Source: Bacteroidales bacterium
Lineage (GTDB): Bacteria; Bacteroidota; Bacteroidia; Bacteroidales; UBA10428
DNA length: 64,000 nt
Direction: 5' to 3'
NCBI GenBank assembly: GCA_016929525.1
Contig: JAFGIP010000048.1
Coordinates: 4,988-68,987, forward strand
The notes under the pieces were generated by a model that saw only the letters and a program-made list of their open reading frames with translations, was not told where the DNA came from and did no database searches. This document shows positions 1 through 8,619 of this stretch, piece by piece (positions within the stretch are counted from its first letter, which is position 1; every line of letters begins with the position of its first letter). A program made the position numbers and the translations under genes.

Positions 1-48
1 TGCTTTTTGCTCTAAGTTTAAGGTATGCATGTATTCTAATCTTTTTAT

Positions 49-87
49 ATGTGTGAATCATGTAATTTATTACTGCTATATTGTAAC
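49..87 (+). promoter_or_regulatory. Copy 1 of recurrent bipartite element ATGTGTGAATcATGTAA-N18-TAAC
   Basis: Read directly: atgtgtgaatcatgtaa at 49-65, exactly 18 nt, then taac at 84-87 preceded by attg. It lies upstream of the lmo0937-like ORF at 294. Confidence 0.4.
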
Positions 88-293
88 AATTACTATTATA
101 TGAACAACTAGATTTGCTTATAAAATTATGTTTAACAGCTGCTTTAATTATGTTAATTAAACATTGAAAAACTATCATATTGTATTTAAAAGATTAACAT
201 AATTACAATAATGAATGATGGAAAGGAGAATGTAACTAATTGGATTAGAATATCATTTCAGAATCTTAATTGAATAACCGATAAAATGTAGCT

Positions 294-455
294 ATGGGAT
301 ATATTCTCTATTTCACTATAATTATTCTTATTTTATCCTGGGTAATAGGATTTATTGGATATAACACAGGAATAATAAAATACTTTCTCATTGGATTAGT
401 ACTTGTTGTATTTGTAATAAGGGCAATAGTTAATAAAGCTAAAAATAGCTATTAA
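294..455 (+). CDS. Small two-TM membrane protein (53 aa), lmo0937-family-like
   Basis: Hand translation gives MGYILYFTIIILILSWVIGFIGYNTGIIKYFLIGLVLVVFVIRAIVNKAKNSY. It is below the ORF-track size cutoff. Its two-helix hairpin architecture matches the ORFs at 614 and 5717. Confidence 0.5.
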   Translation: MGYILYFTIIILILSWVIGFIGYNTGIIKYFLIGLVLVVFVIRAIVNKAKNSY

Positions 456-497
456 ATTTATTTCAGGATTAATACTCTAATATTAGGGAATACTTAT

Positions 498-536
498 ATG
501 TGTGAATGATGTAAGTCTTATCCTGAATTGTGTAAT
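498..536 (+). promoter_or_regulatory. Copy 2 of recurrent bipartite element ATGTGTGAATgATGTAA-N18-TAAT
   Basis: atgtgtgaatgatgtaa at 498-514, 18 nt, then taat at 533-536 preceded by attgtg. It sits 78 nt upstream of the ATG at 614. Confidence 0.45.
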
Positions 537-613
537 GCATTCTGAAAATACATAAGGTACCTTTATTAATAGTTATTGAACTTTAATTCTAAAGTTCAGA
601 TAAAATATTCATC

Positions 614-772
614 ATGAAAAATTTACTTTATGTAATCGCCGGACTACTTTTGATAATCTGGGGAATCATTTATTGGGGATTTAACGCATCTAGCGCTGTA
701 CATATCATACTTGTACTGGTCGGATTAATTATTATTATTAGGCTTGTTTTTAATAAGCAATTTTCAAAATGA
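614..772 (+). CDS. lmo0937-family small membrane protein (52 aa)
   Basis: Hand translation gives MKNLLYVIAGLLLIIWGIIYWGFNASSAVHIILVLVGLIIIIRLVFNKQFSK. It is a close paralog of the ORF at 5717..5893 and is not in the ORF track because it is under 60 aa. Confidence 0.6.
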   Translation: MKNLLYVIAGLLLIIWGIIYWGFNASSAVHIILVLVGLIIIIRLVFNKQFSK

Positions 773-840
773 TGAGAAAACTTAACCAAGTTTAAAATCA
801 TCATGTATTTAAATTATTACTTAATATAACATTTAATAAT

Positions 841-1026
841 ATGAATCCTCATTATAATCAGCAAAGCCTGGATGAACTTAAACTCAGACTGAAAAAAAAA
901 TATCCCAAACTTACGGATACTGATCTTCGCACTTCTGAAAACAATGAGAAGGATATGTTAAGAATAGTTGCCTATAAACTTGGGAAGACTAAAGAAGAAA
1001 TGAGTAAAATAATTGAAGAACTATAA
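841..1026 (+). CDS. CsbD-like general stress protein
   Basis: 61 aa. The pattern KKKYPKLTDTDL...EKDMLRIVAYKLGKTKEEM aligns with the CsbD/YjbJ pattern (KEQWGKLTDDD...RDQLVGKIQERYG). Confidence 0.6.
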   Translation: MNPHYNQQSLDELKLRLKKKYPKLTDTDLRTSENNEKDMLRIVAYKLGKTKEEMSKIIEEL

Positions 1027-1064
1027 CATTAAATAATTATATCAAATGAAGAAAGGAAAATAAA

Positions 1065-1967
1065 ATGAACTATTTGTATTTAATTATACCTATTGTAATA
1101 TTCTTCCTGATAGGCATCAGGATTGTACGTCCAACACAACGAGGCTTAATTGAGAGACTGGGAAAGTACTATAATTTTGCCAGCCCCGGGTTTCATTGGA
1201 TTATCCCAATTATCGACAGACTTTACCAGGTAAATGTAACGGAACAGATGGTAGACGCCGAACCTCAGGAAATTATAACAAATGATAATTTGAACGCAAG
1301 CGTAGATGCACAGGTATACTTCAGGGTGAAATCTGATGAAGAAAGTGTAAAAGATTCGATATACAATGTAAATGATTATACATGGCAGATTGTTAATCTG
1401 GCGCGCACTACATTGCGTAATATTATTGGTACACTTACTTTAAAATCGGCCAACAGCGAGCGTGGAAAAATTAATGATGCTCTCTATCAAACCCTTCACG
1501 ATGAAACGAAAAGCTGGGGTATTAATATAGTGAGGACTGAGTTGAAAGAAATTGATCCGCCTAAGGATGTGCAGGAAACGATGAACAAAGTGGTGAAAGC
1601 GGAAAATGAGAAAATAGCAGCAGTAGATTCAGCAACTGCTGCCGAAACTGTGGCTGATGGTGTTAAGCGGGCAAAAATCAAAGAAGCTGAGGGATATAAA
1701 CAATCAAAGATTTTACATGCCGAAGGAGAGGCCGAAGCAATTAAACTGGTAAATGAAGCGGCAGATAAGTATTTTGTAGGTAATGCTCAGCTATTGCGTA
1801 AACTGGAAGCGCTTGAATCATCGCTTGAAAAAAATACAAAAATAGTTATCCCTACTGGTACCGAATTGGTAAATATTATCGGTGACATGGCAGGAATACT
1901 TCCGTTGGAAAAAAAAACGTATCATGGCGAGCCAACAGATGGAAGTAAACTTTTAGTAAACAACTAA
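1065..1967 (+). CDS. SPFH/Band 7 (stomatin-prohibitin-like) membrane protein
   Basis: N-terminal TM helix, then IVRPTQRGLIERLGKY...DAQVYFRV...LRNIIGTLTL, followed by an Ala/Glu-rich coiled-coil tail. Confidence 0.9.
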   Translation: MNYLYLIIPIVIFFLIGIRIVRPTQRGLIERLGKYYNFASPGFHWIIPIIDRLYQVNVTEQMVDAEPQEIITNDNLNASVDAQVYFRVKSDEESVKDSIYNVNDYTWQIVNLARTTLRNIIGTLTLKSANSERGKINDALYQTLHDETKSWGINIVRTELKEIDPPKDVQETMNKVVKAENEKIAAVDSATAAETVADGVKRAKIKEAEGYKQSKILHAEGEAEAIKLVNEAADKYFVGNAQLLRKLEALESSLEKNTKIVIPTGTELVNIIGDMAGILPLEKKTYHGEPTDGSKLLVNN

Positions 1968-2024
1968 ACATTCTTAGTCCATTCTGTCAATTAACTTTTA
2001 TAAATGCCATTAGACCTTTAATAA

Positions 2025-2741
2025 ATGGTTGAATGGCTTTTTCTTTTTACTAACAAATATGAAGCAGATTTAATGAATAATATAAGCTCCCTGCAGGATG
2101 CAAAAAGTTCAAAAACTGCAGCACTAATTGTTGCACATCCCGATGATGAAACATTATGGGCTGGTGGAACTATATTGGGCCTTCCGAAATGGCAGTGGTA
2201 TATTGTCTGTCTGTGTCGGGGAAGCGATAAAGAACGTGCCCGAAAATTTTACAGAGCACTAAGAGTTCTTAAGTCTGATGGAATCATGGGTGATCTCGAT
2301 GATGGTCCGGAACAGAAGCCCCTGGATGAAAATGAGGTTCAGAATACCATATTATCTTTATTGCCGAAAAGACATTTCGACCTTATAATTTCGCACAATC
2401 CGAATGGAGAATACACTAGGCATATTCGGCATGAAGAAACTGGAACAGCTGTTATTAAACTCTGGGATAACGGGTTAATGACTGCCAAAGAAGTATGGAT
2501 CTTTGCATATGAGGATGGAGGAAAAGCATATCATCCAAGACCCATTGAAGATGCCTCGATTTACATAACTCTTACAAAAAATATCTGGCTTAGGAAATAC
2601 CATATTATTACAGATACCTACGGATTTCAGAATACCAGCTATGAAGCCAGAACAACACCTAAGGCTGAAGCATTCTGGCAATTAACAAATTCCTATGATA
2701 CAATGAATTGGCTTAATCAATCCGGCAAAGAGATAAATTGA
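2025..2741 (+). CDS. PIG-L/LmbE family N-acetylglucosaminyl deacetylase
   Basis: AALIVAHPDDETLWAGGTIL is the PIG-L signature. The true start may be the internal ATG at about 2073 (MNNISS). Confidence 0.85.
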   Translation: MVEWLFLFTNKYEADLMNNISSLQDAKSSKTAALIVAHPDDETLWAGGTILGLPKWQWYIVCLCRGSDKERARKFYRALRVLKSDGIMGDLDDGPEQKPLDENEVQNTILSLLPKRHFDLIISHNPNGEYTRHIRHEETGTAVIKLWDNGLMTAKEVWIFAYEDGGKAYHPRPIEDASIYITLTKNIWLRKYHIITDTYGFQNTSYEARTTPKAEAFWQLTNSYDTMNWLNQSGKEIN

Positions 2742-2745
2742 AAAT

Positions 2746-3888
2746 ATGAAAATCCTGGTTTTATATGATTACCCTCCTTCACCGGGAGGCCTTGCAACCC
2801 AGGGAGATCTTCTCTACAAAGGACTTCTTGAAATGAGCGTTGATGCTCATGCTGTTCATTTTGAATCGGCCCAGGAAAAGGAATGGTATTATCGTTGGTT
2901 TGAGCCCGACGTTGTGGTTGGAGTTGGTTATTGGGGGCATACACCACATATTGTACTTCATCCGCAGCGCTATGGTGTGCAAGTTATACCTTGGCTGGTA
3001 GCCGATGGTTATATTGCAAATTATCATGAAATATTGAACGCTCTGCCCCTAATATTGGTAACATCGAATTGGGTAAAAGAGATGTATGTCCGTGATGGGA
3101 TCAATGCTGATAAAATAGAAGTATTACCTGTTGGTTGTAACACTGATACTTTTGTTTCATTTAATAAGGATGATCCGAAGATATTAGCAGTACGTGAGAC
3201 TCTTGGTATTTCACAAGATCAGCTGATGATTCTTACTGTTGGAGGTGATGCAGCCTCCAAAGGTGCTCAGGAAGTGATGCAGGCACTTGCAATAATTGAT
3301 ACAAAAGCTCCAGATTGGAAATATGTTTGTAAAGTATGGCCGCAGCCGCGAACCAAAATTCAAAATCTGGCCGACCTTGAAATGGCGAAACATTTAGGCA
3401 TTGAAAAAAATGTCACTTATGCAACCAACACTATCTCACGAAATTTTATGCCTTACCTGATTGGTGCCTGCGATATATATGCTGCTCCATCTCGGCTAGA
3501 GGGATTCGGAATGCCGCAGGTAGAAGCCGGGGCTTGCGAAAAGCCGGTTATTGGTATCAGGGCCATGGGAATGTTGGATACCCTTATACACGGGAAAACA
3601 GCTTTTGTGGCAAAGGTAGCGCAAAAAATTGCTGTTAACGAGGTGATACTGGCTGATGAATCGGGCTTTGAAGATAATCATAGAATGATATTTAATGTGC
3701 CACGAACAGTGGATTATCGGGCAAATGTGCATGATATTGCAAAGTATTTAATGGAGCTTATGACTGATGCTTCTTTACGCGAAAAAATGGGAAAAGCTGC
3801 AAGAAAGCATGTGGTTCAAAACATTGATTACCGGGTCGTTGCAAATAGATTTGTACAGATAATAAATGATAGATTAAATATTAAATAG
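2746..3888 (+). CDS. GT4-family glycosyltransferase (Glycos_transf_1)
   Basis: C-terminal EGFGMPQVEAGACEKPVIG...GKTAFV (E-x7-E region). It starts 5 nt after the PIG-L stop and has no signal peptide. Confidence 0.85.
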   Translation: MKILVLYDYPPSPGGLATQGDLLYKGLLEMSVDAHAVHFESAQEKEWYYRWFEPDVVVGVGYWGHTPHIVLHPQRYGVQVIPWLVADGYIANYHEILNALPLILVTSNWVKEMYVRDGINADKIEVLPVGCNTDTFVSFNKDDPKILAVRETLGISQDQLMILTVGGDAASKGAQEVMQALAIIDTKAPDWKYVCKVWPQPRTKIQNLADLEMAKHLGIEKNVTYATNTISRNFMPYLIGACDIYAAPSRLEGFGMPQVEAGACEKPVIGIRAMGMLDTLIHGKTAFVAKVAQKIAVNEVILADESGFEDNHRMIFNVPRTVDYRANVHDIAKYLMELMTDASLREKMGKAARKHVVQNIDYRVVANRFVQIINDRLNIK

Positions 3889-3945
3889 CCAGACTGATAT
3901 ATACATCAGATCTCAAATTTTATTTCATAATTTTAAATTAAAACA

Positions 3946-5127
3946 ATGCAAATTACTACCTGGCAGGAAATGGAAGATGCTAAGAAAGCGGCCCTCGATG
4001 TATTGCTGCATAACGTACATGGTCCATATCACGGACTACCGAGAACCGCTGGATGGGGATATCCGGAGCCATACACAAGGGATTTGTTGATTTCGATATT
4101 TGGGATTGCTGTTTCAGAAAATCTGACGCTTTTAAAGAGTATCCGAAAAGTATTGGAAACACTGGCAAAAAACCAGACAGAAAAGGGGCACATTCCTTCA
4201 CTGGTGCATGATAAGGAAGATCGCGGGGCCAGCGATACAACCCCTTTATTTTTACTGGGTGTTGGTATATTTAGAAAAGTCTCAAACGAACCGGATTTTC
4301 TTCATGAAGCAGTTGAAAAAGCATTAACTTGGATGGAATATCAAAGCCCGTCAGACCGTTACCTGATAGCACAAATGCCCACAAGCGACTGGCGCGATGA
4401 ACAATGGGTAATGGGATATGGACTGTATGTGAATGCTTTGGTATATAGTTACTTGTGTATGCTTGGTAGAAATGAAACAGCAGAAAAAGTGAGCCATGCA
4501 ATGACAAGGTTCACTGTTAAGGGAGGAATAATGCACCGCCATGTGCACGAAGGCCTTGTGGTAAAATATAAACCTTATTATGCCTTGTGGTCCTATAAAA
4601 TCTTCAGTAGCGAACGGTTCGATCTGCTCGGTAATAGTCTGGCTATCCTTTCCGGAATTGCTTCTCATTCGCGAGCTGTTGAAATGATATCGTGGATTGA
4701 AGAAGAGTGCGATGAGATGAAAAAAAGAGGCGAGTTGGCAGTTGATCTGCCGCCAAATTTCTTTCCCTTTATTAAACCCGGAGATCCTGATTGGCATTCG
4801 CGGTATTCCGAGTATAACAACCACGGGGATTATCATAATGGTGGAATTTGGCCATTTATTTGCGGGTTTTATGTAGCTGCCTTAGTTGCTGCTAAGAAGT
4901 ATGTACTGGCTGGCGAAAAACTCCTGGCGCTCACACGTATGCTAAAACTATCCAACACATCGGGAAATAATTTTGGATTTAATGAATGGATTAAAGCACA
5001 GGATGGGAAACCCATGGGACAGGAGTGGCAGACCTGGAGCGCAGCCATGTATCTGTATGCCGTTAGATGTGTTGAAGAAAGAAAAACTCCGTTTTTTGAC
5101 GAGATTCGTAATGGTATTATTGCATAA
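3946..5127 (+). CDS. (alpha/alpha)6-barrel glycoside hydrolase, GH100 (alkaline/neutral invertase)-like / GDE_C superfamily
   Basis: RFDLLGNSLAILSGIAS and DYHNGGIWPFICGFYVAALV resemble GH100/GDE_C conserved blocks. The protein appears cytoplasmic. Confidence 0.65.
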   Translation: MQITTWQEMEDAKKAALDVLLHNVHGPYHGLPRTAGWGYPEPYTRDLLISIFGIAVSENLTLLKSIRKVLETLAKNQTEKGHIPSLVHDKEDRGASDTTPLFLLGVGIFRKVSNEPDFLHEAVEKALTWMEYQSPSDRYLIAQMPTSDWRDEQWVMGYGLYVNALVYSYLCMLGRNETAEKVSHAMTRFTVKGGIMHRHVHEGLVVKYKPYYALWSYKIFSSERFDLLGNSLAILSGIASHSRAVEMISWIEEECDEMKKRGELAVDLPPNFFPFIKPGDPDWHSRYSEYNNHGDYHNGGIWPFICGFYVAALVAAKKYVLAGEKLLALTRMLKLSNTSGNNFGFNEWIKAQDGKPMGQEWQTWSAAMYLYAVRCVEERKTPFFDEIRNGIIA

Positions 5128-5183
5128 GATTATCGATTCACTATATTTTTTAATAAAAACAATAAATTATAAAACACATTAAT

Positions 5184-5633
5184 ATGAAAAATTCAATTAT
5201 AACCCTGACTTTATCAATGATAATAGCAGCGGGAATATTAACCAATTGCCAGTCATCTGCTACGAAAGTGGCAAATGCACAGGACAAAGTGCAGGATGCG
5301 GAAAACGATTTGGATGAAGCTCAAAGTGAATTATACCAAACACAACAAGATTCCATCTCCGATTATCAAAAATTCAAAAAAGAATCTGAGGAAAGGATCA
5401 CCGCTTATGAGAAAAACATAGCTGAATTAAAAGTAAAAATACAAAACGAGAAAAAGGAAAACAAAGCCGATTTCGAAAAGAAATTGGTAGAGTTAGAGCA
5501 AAAAATCTATGATTTGAAAAAGAAACTGGGCGAATATAAAGACGAAGGTAAAGTCAAATGGGAAACATTTAAATCGAATTTTAATCAGGATATGGATAAT
5601 CTTGGAAAGGCTTTAGCGAATTTCACCAATTAA
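5184..5633 (+). CDS. Coiled-coil lipoprotein, function unknown
   Basis: Lipobox-like AAGILTNC followed by a highly charged heptad-like region. Confidence 0.6.
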   Translation: MKNSIITLTLSMIIAAGILTNCQSSATKVANAQDKVQDAENDLDEAQSELYQTQQDSISDYQKFKKESEERITAYEKNIAELKVKIQNEKKENKADFEKKLVELEQKIYDLKKKLGEYKDEGKVKWETFKSNFNQDMDNLGKALANFTN

Positions 5634-5716
5634 GTCTAACGATAAATCTCGTATTTGATTTAATGAATTCACGATTATTCCACTCAGAGAAACATTATAC
5701 ATTTTAAACTACAGTC

Positions 5717-5893
5717 ATGAAAAACTTACTTTTTATAATCGCTGGATTACTTTTAGTAATATGGGCTATTACCTATTGGGGTTTAAAATTAGATGGCAGT
5801 ATCAACACATTACCAGTGATCGCCGGATTTATTATTCTGGTAAGAATTGTTTTTAATAAACAATTATCAAATAAATATAAGGGCTTTGAATAG
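5717..5893 (+). CDS. lmo0937-family small membrane protein (58 aa)
   Basis: Hand translation gives MKNLLFIIAGLLLVIWAITYWGLKLDGSINTLPVIAGFIILVRIVFNKQLSNKYKGFE. It is a paralog of 614..772. Confidence 0.6.
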   Translation: MKNLLFIIAGLLLVIWAITYWGLKLDGSINTLPVIAGFIILVRIVFNKQLSNKYKGFE

Positions 5894-5917
5894 TGATGTA
5901 TTAATAAACTAAAGAAG

Positions 5918-6103
5918 ATGAAAATAAAATATGATAGAGAAGGTCTTGATCAATTAAAAACAAGGCTTAAAGAAAGATACCCCCAACTTACATACACTGA
6001 TCTTAATTTTATTGATGGCCATGAAAGCCGTATGCTGACGTTAATTGCTTATAAACTTAGGAAGACAAAAGATGAGATGGATGAAATAATTAAAAGACTT
6101 TAA
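5918..6103 (+). CDS. CsbD-like general stress protein (paralog of 841..1026)
   Basis: LDQLKTRLKERYPQLTYTDL...MLTLIAYKLRKTKDEM has the same layout as the ORF at 841. Confidence 0.6.
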   Translation: MKIKYDREGLDQLKTRLKERYPQLTYTDLNFIDGHESRMLTLIAYKLRKTKDEMDEIIKRL

Positions 6104-6210
6104 TTCGTACATTTCAAAACAAAAGGTCGAACTCTATTAAAATAATTTAACAATACAGGCTGAATGTTAATAATTAAACCTAACTTGCAGCCTTAATTTA
6201 AATACATATT

Positions 6211-6402
6211 ATGCACAAAGGAACAGTAAAATTTTATAATGATTCGAAAGGATTCGGATTTATTAAAGATGCAGATACACCAAAAGAGTATTTTGTACAT
6301 TCGTCGGGCTTAAAAGAAAGTATCGAGGAGAATGACGAAGTTACATTTGATTTGCAGGAAGGTAAAAAAGGATTAAATGCAGTAAATGTTAAACTTGCAT
6401 AG
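6211..6402 (+). CDS. Cold-shock domain protein (CspA family)
   Basis: GTVKFYNDSKGFGFIKD (RNP1-like) and YFVHSSG (RNP2-like); 63 aa. Confidence 0.95.
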   Translation: MHKGTVKFYNDSKGFGFIKDADTPKEYFVHSSGLKESIEENDEVTFDLQEGKKGLNAVNVKLA

Positions 6403-6429
6403 TTTATATCATTGCCAGATAAAATCTTG

Positions 6430-6456
6430 AGTCTCGTTTTTAACGGGACTTTTTTA
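6430..6456 (+). terminator. Rho-independent terminator after csp
   Basis: Stem agtctcg/cgggact (one G-U pair), loop tttttaa, then TTTTTT. Confidence 0.6.
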
Positions 6457-6520
6457 TTTCAGATTAAATACAACATCAAAAGAATCCATTTTTTTCAAAC
6501 CTGTCCAAATAAATCTCAAA

Positions 6521-7555
6521 TCAGAGCAATTTTCCTTTCCCGTTTCGGGAACTTAGAATTTGCTTATAAACGTACAAATATCCTTCTATCATTTTTTGTC
6601 GACTAAATTTTGAAGAAGCCCATTCCGAGCAGCTTTTCCTGTTTATCATTTTAATATTCCGCACTGCGCTCAGTGCTTCCTTGATATTTTTAACCAGAAA
6701 ACCGGTTTTCCCATCAAGAATTAATTCAGGCATAGCGCCTCTGTTAAATGCTATAACAGGTGTACCGCAAGCCATGGCTTCCACTACACTCAGACCAAAT
6801 GGTTCCTCAAATTTTATAAGGTGTATAAGCGCATACGCCCCTCCCAATAGTTTAAGTCTTTCATTCGGTCCAGAGTTACCGACATAGACAATATCATCAT
6901 TATTGATGAAGGGTTTAACCTTATTGTCAAAGTATTCCTGATCTTGTATTAAGCCGGAAATAATTAGCTTTCTTTTTGATCTTTTTGCAATTTGGATAGA
7001 TTCATAGGTACCTTTTTCAGGATGGATCCTTCCAAAAAAAAGCAGATAATTTTCCGGTTCACTATTGAACTTAAACTCATTGAGATTTATACCATTGTAA
7101 ATTGTAGCCATGTATTTAAGTTCAGGGTTACGGTCGGAATTACTAATTGAAACATAATGACTTGTGCTGTTGTATTTTTTATAGACCGGAATAATTTGTG
7201 GTGAAGAAAATCCATGTATGGTAGTTAATATGGGCGTTTTAATTAACCGGGAATAACTCAATGGCATAAAATCAAAATTGTTATGGATGATATCAAAGTT
7301 ATTGGCTTGCTCCATTAAATTGCTGATATGAAGACATTCTGCTACTTTTGGGTCTATCGATGGATCTTCAGCATAAGGATGTTCACAAACGGATGCCAGC
7401 TCTCCTTTTGTAATTGAATCACCGGTAGCAAATAAGGTAACTTCAAGACCTCTTTCAATCAATCCCTCAGCAATATTAGATGCTACCTGTTCCCATGGGC
7501 CATATTTTCTGGGAGGTGTTCGCCAGGCAATTGATGAAAGTATCGCAATTCTCAT
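6521..7555 (-). CDS. GT4-family glycosyltransferase
   Basis: MRIAILSSIAWRTPP...EPFGLSVVEAMACGTPVIAFNRGAMPELI..GKTGFLV; cytoplasmic. Confidence 0.85.
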   Translation of the reverse strand: MRIAILSSIAWRTPPRKYGPWEQVASNIAEGLIERGLEVTLFATGDSITKGELASVCEHPYAEDPSIDPKVAECLHISNLMEQANNFDIIHNNFDFMPLSYSRLIKTPILTTIHGFSSPQIIPVYKKYNSTSHYVSISNSDRNPELKYMATIYNGINLNEFKFNSEPENYLLFFGRIHPEKGTYESIQIAKRSKRKLIISGLIQDQEYFDNKVKPFINNDDIVYVGNSGPNERLKLLGGAYALIHLIKFEEPFGLSVVEAMACGTPVIAFNRGAMPELILDGKTGFLVKNIKEALSAVRNIKMINRKSCSEWASSKFSRQKMIEGYLYVYKQILSSRNGKGKLL

Positions 7556-7584
7556 GTTTTCAATATTTAATTTAAACTCAAATT

Positions 7585-8511
7585 TTAAAGTGCCGGACGT
7601 GGCTTATCCAAACAGTGATCAACAAGGTCTTCTAAATTTGCTGTCCCCACGCACATCACATTGTCAGCTCCACCCCAATAGATCTTCACACTTCCGTCCT
7701 TTTCCTGAACCGCACCACAGGAAAATACTACATTATGCACATACCCGGTAATTTCGTAAATTTCTTCAGGTTGCAGGATCCATTCGTCGCCTACGGCAAT
7801 AACTTTTGAAGGATCAATTAAATCGTGTAATGCTACCCCTAACCGGTAAACACAACCATCCATTGTTAAAAAAATACCATGATAAATGCTTAACCAGCCA
7901 CGGGAGGTTTTAATTGGGGGTGCGCCTGGCCCTATTTTCATCTCATCCCAATGGTATTGTAATGGTTTCATAATGAGTTTCGATTCACCCCAATACTTAA
8001 GGTCAGGAGAATAGGATATCCAGATAGACCATGGTGATATTTCAGAATGTGGACGGTCGAGTCTCGCATAGAGTCCACTGAATTTCTCCGGAAAAATAAC
8101 CACATTCCTGTTGTCGGCCTGGGTAATAAGAGAAAACCTTACTACCGTTTTAAAGTCTTTTGTTTTTGCAAGTCCAATCCGCACGCCATGCCTGGAATAG
8201 GCACTATATGTAATCAGGTATTCACCATCAATGAATACAATACGGGGATCTTCCACGCCAAAGGCTTCATATTCTTTAAAAACTCCTTCATTTGCCGGAA
8301 CCATAAAAGGTTTCTCATCTACTTTAAAATTAAATCCATCTTCACTCTCTGCCTTTCCAAATATACTTCTCCCGTTCAGTTTATGTGAGCGGAATATCAT
8401 AATATATTTTTCTTCGTGTTTTACAACGGCGGCATTATGTAATGTAGCTACCGGATAAGGCACATCATCCTTTGTAAGGATAGGGTTATTTTTATACCTG
8501 TTTATTAACAT
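7585..8511 (-). CDS. GH130 family beta-mannoside phosphorylase/hydrolase-like (DUF377 fold)
   Basis: NPILT...NAAVV...FGVEDPRI...YLITYSAYS...IGPGAPPI...GWLSIYHG blocks are typical of GH130. No signal peptide. Confidence 0.8.
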   Translation of the reverse strand: MLINRYKNNPILTKDDVPYPVATLHNAAVVKHEEKYIMIFRSHKLNGRSIFGKAESEDGFNFKVDEKPFMVPANEGVFKEYEAFGVEDPRIVFIDGEYLITYSAYSRHGVRIGLAKTKDFKTVVRFSLITQADNRNVVIFPEKFSGLYARLDRPHSEISPWSIWISYSPDLKYWGESKLIMKPLQYHWDEMKIGPGAPPIKTSRGWLSIYHGIFLTMDGCVYRLGVALHDLIDPSKVIAVGDEWILQPEEIYEITGYVHNVVFSCGAVQEKDGSVKIYWGGADNVMCVGTANLEDLVDHCLDKPRPAL

Positions 8512-8619
8512 CGTTATTTTTTCAGTTTAGCCAAAAGTTACTATATGAATCTTTGGTTCAATTCTTTTATTCTTTTATTCTCTTATTTTTTATCATTGTT
8601 ATTATTTCAACCTTACTAT

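Noticed and set aside
211-273. 20-aa ORF (MNDGKENVTNWIRISFQNLN) between element copy 1 and the ORF at 294
   Set aside because: It is too short, has no paralog in the window and has no supporting signal.
6412-6606. 64-aa plus-strand ORF after csp
   Set aside because: It spans the csp terminator hairpin and the 3' end of the convergent GT4 gene, and it has no motifs.
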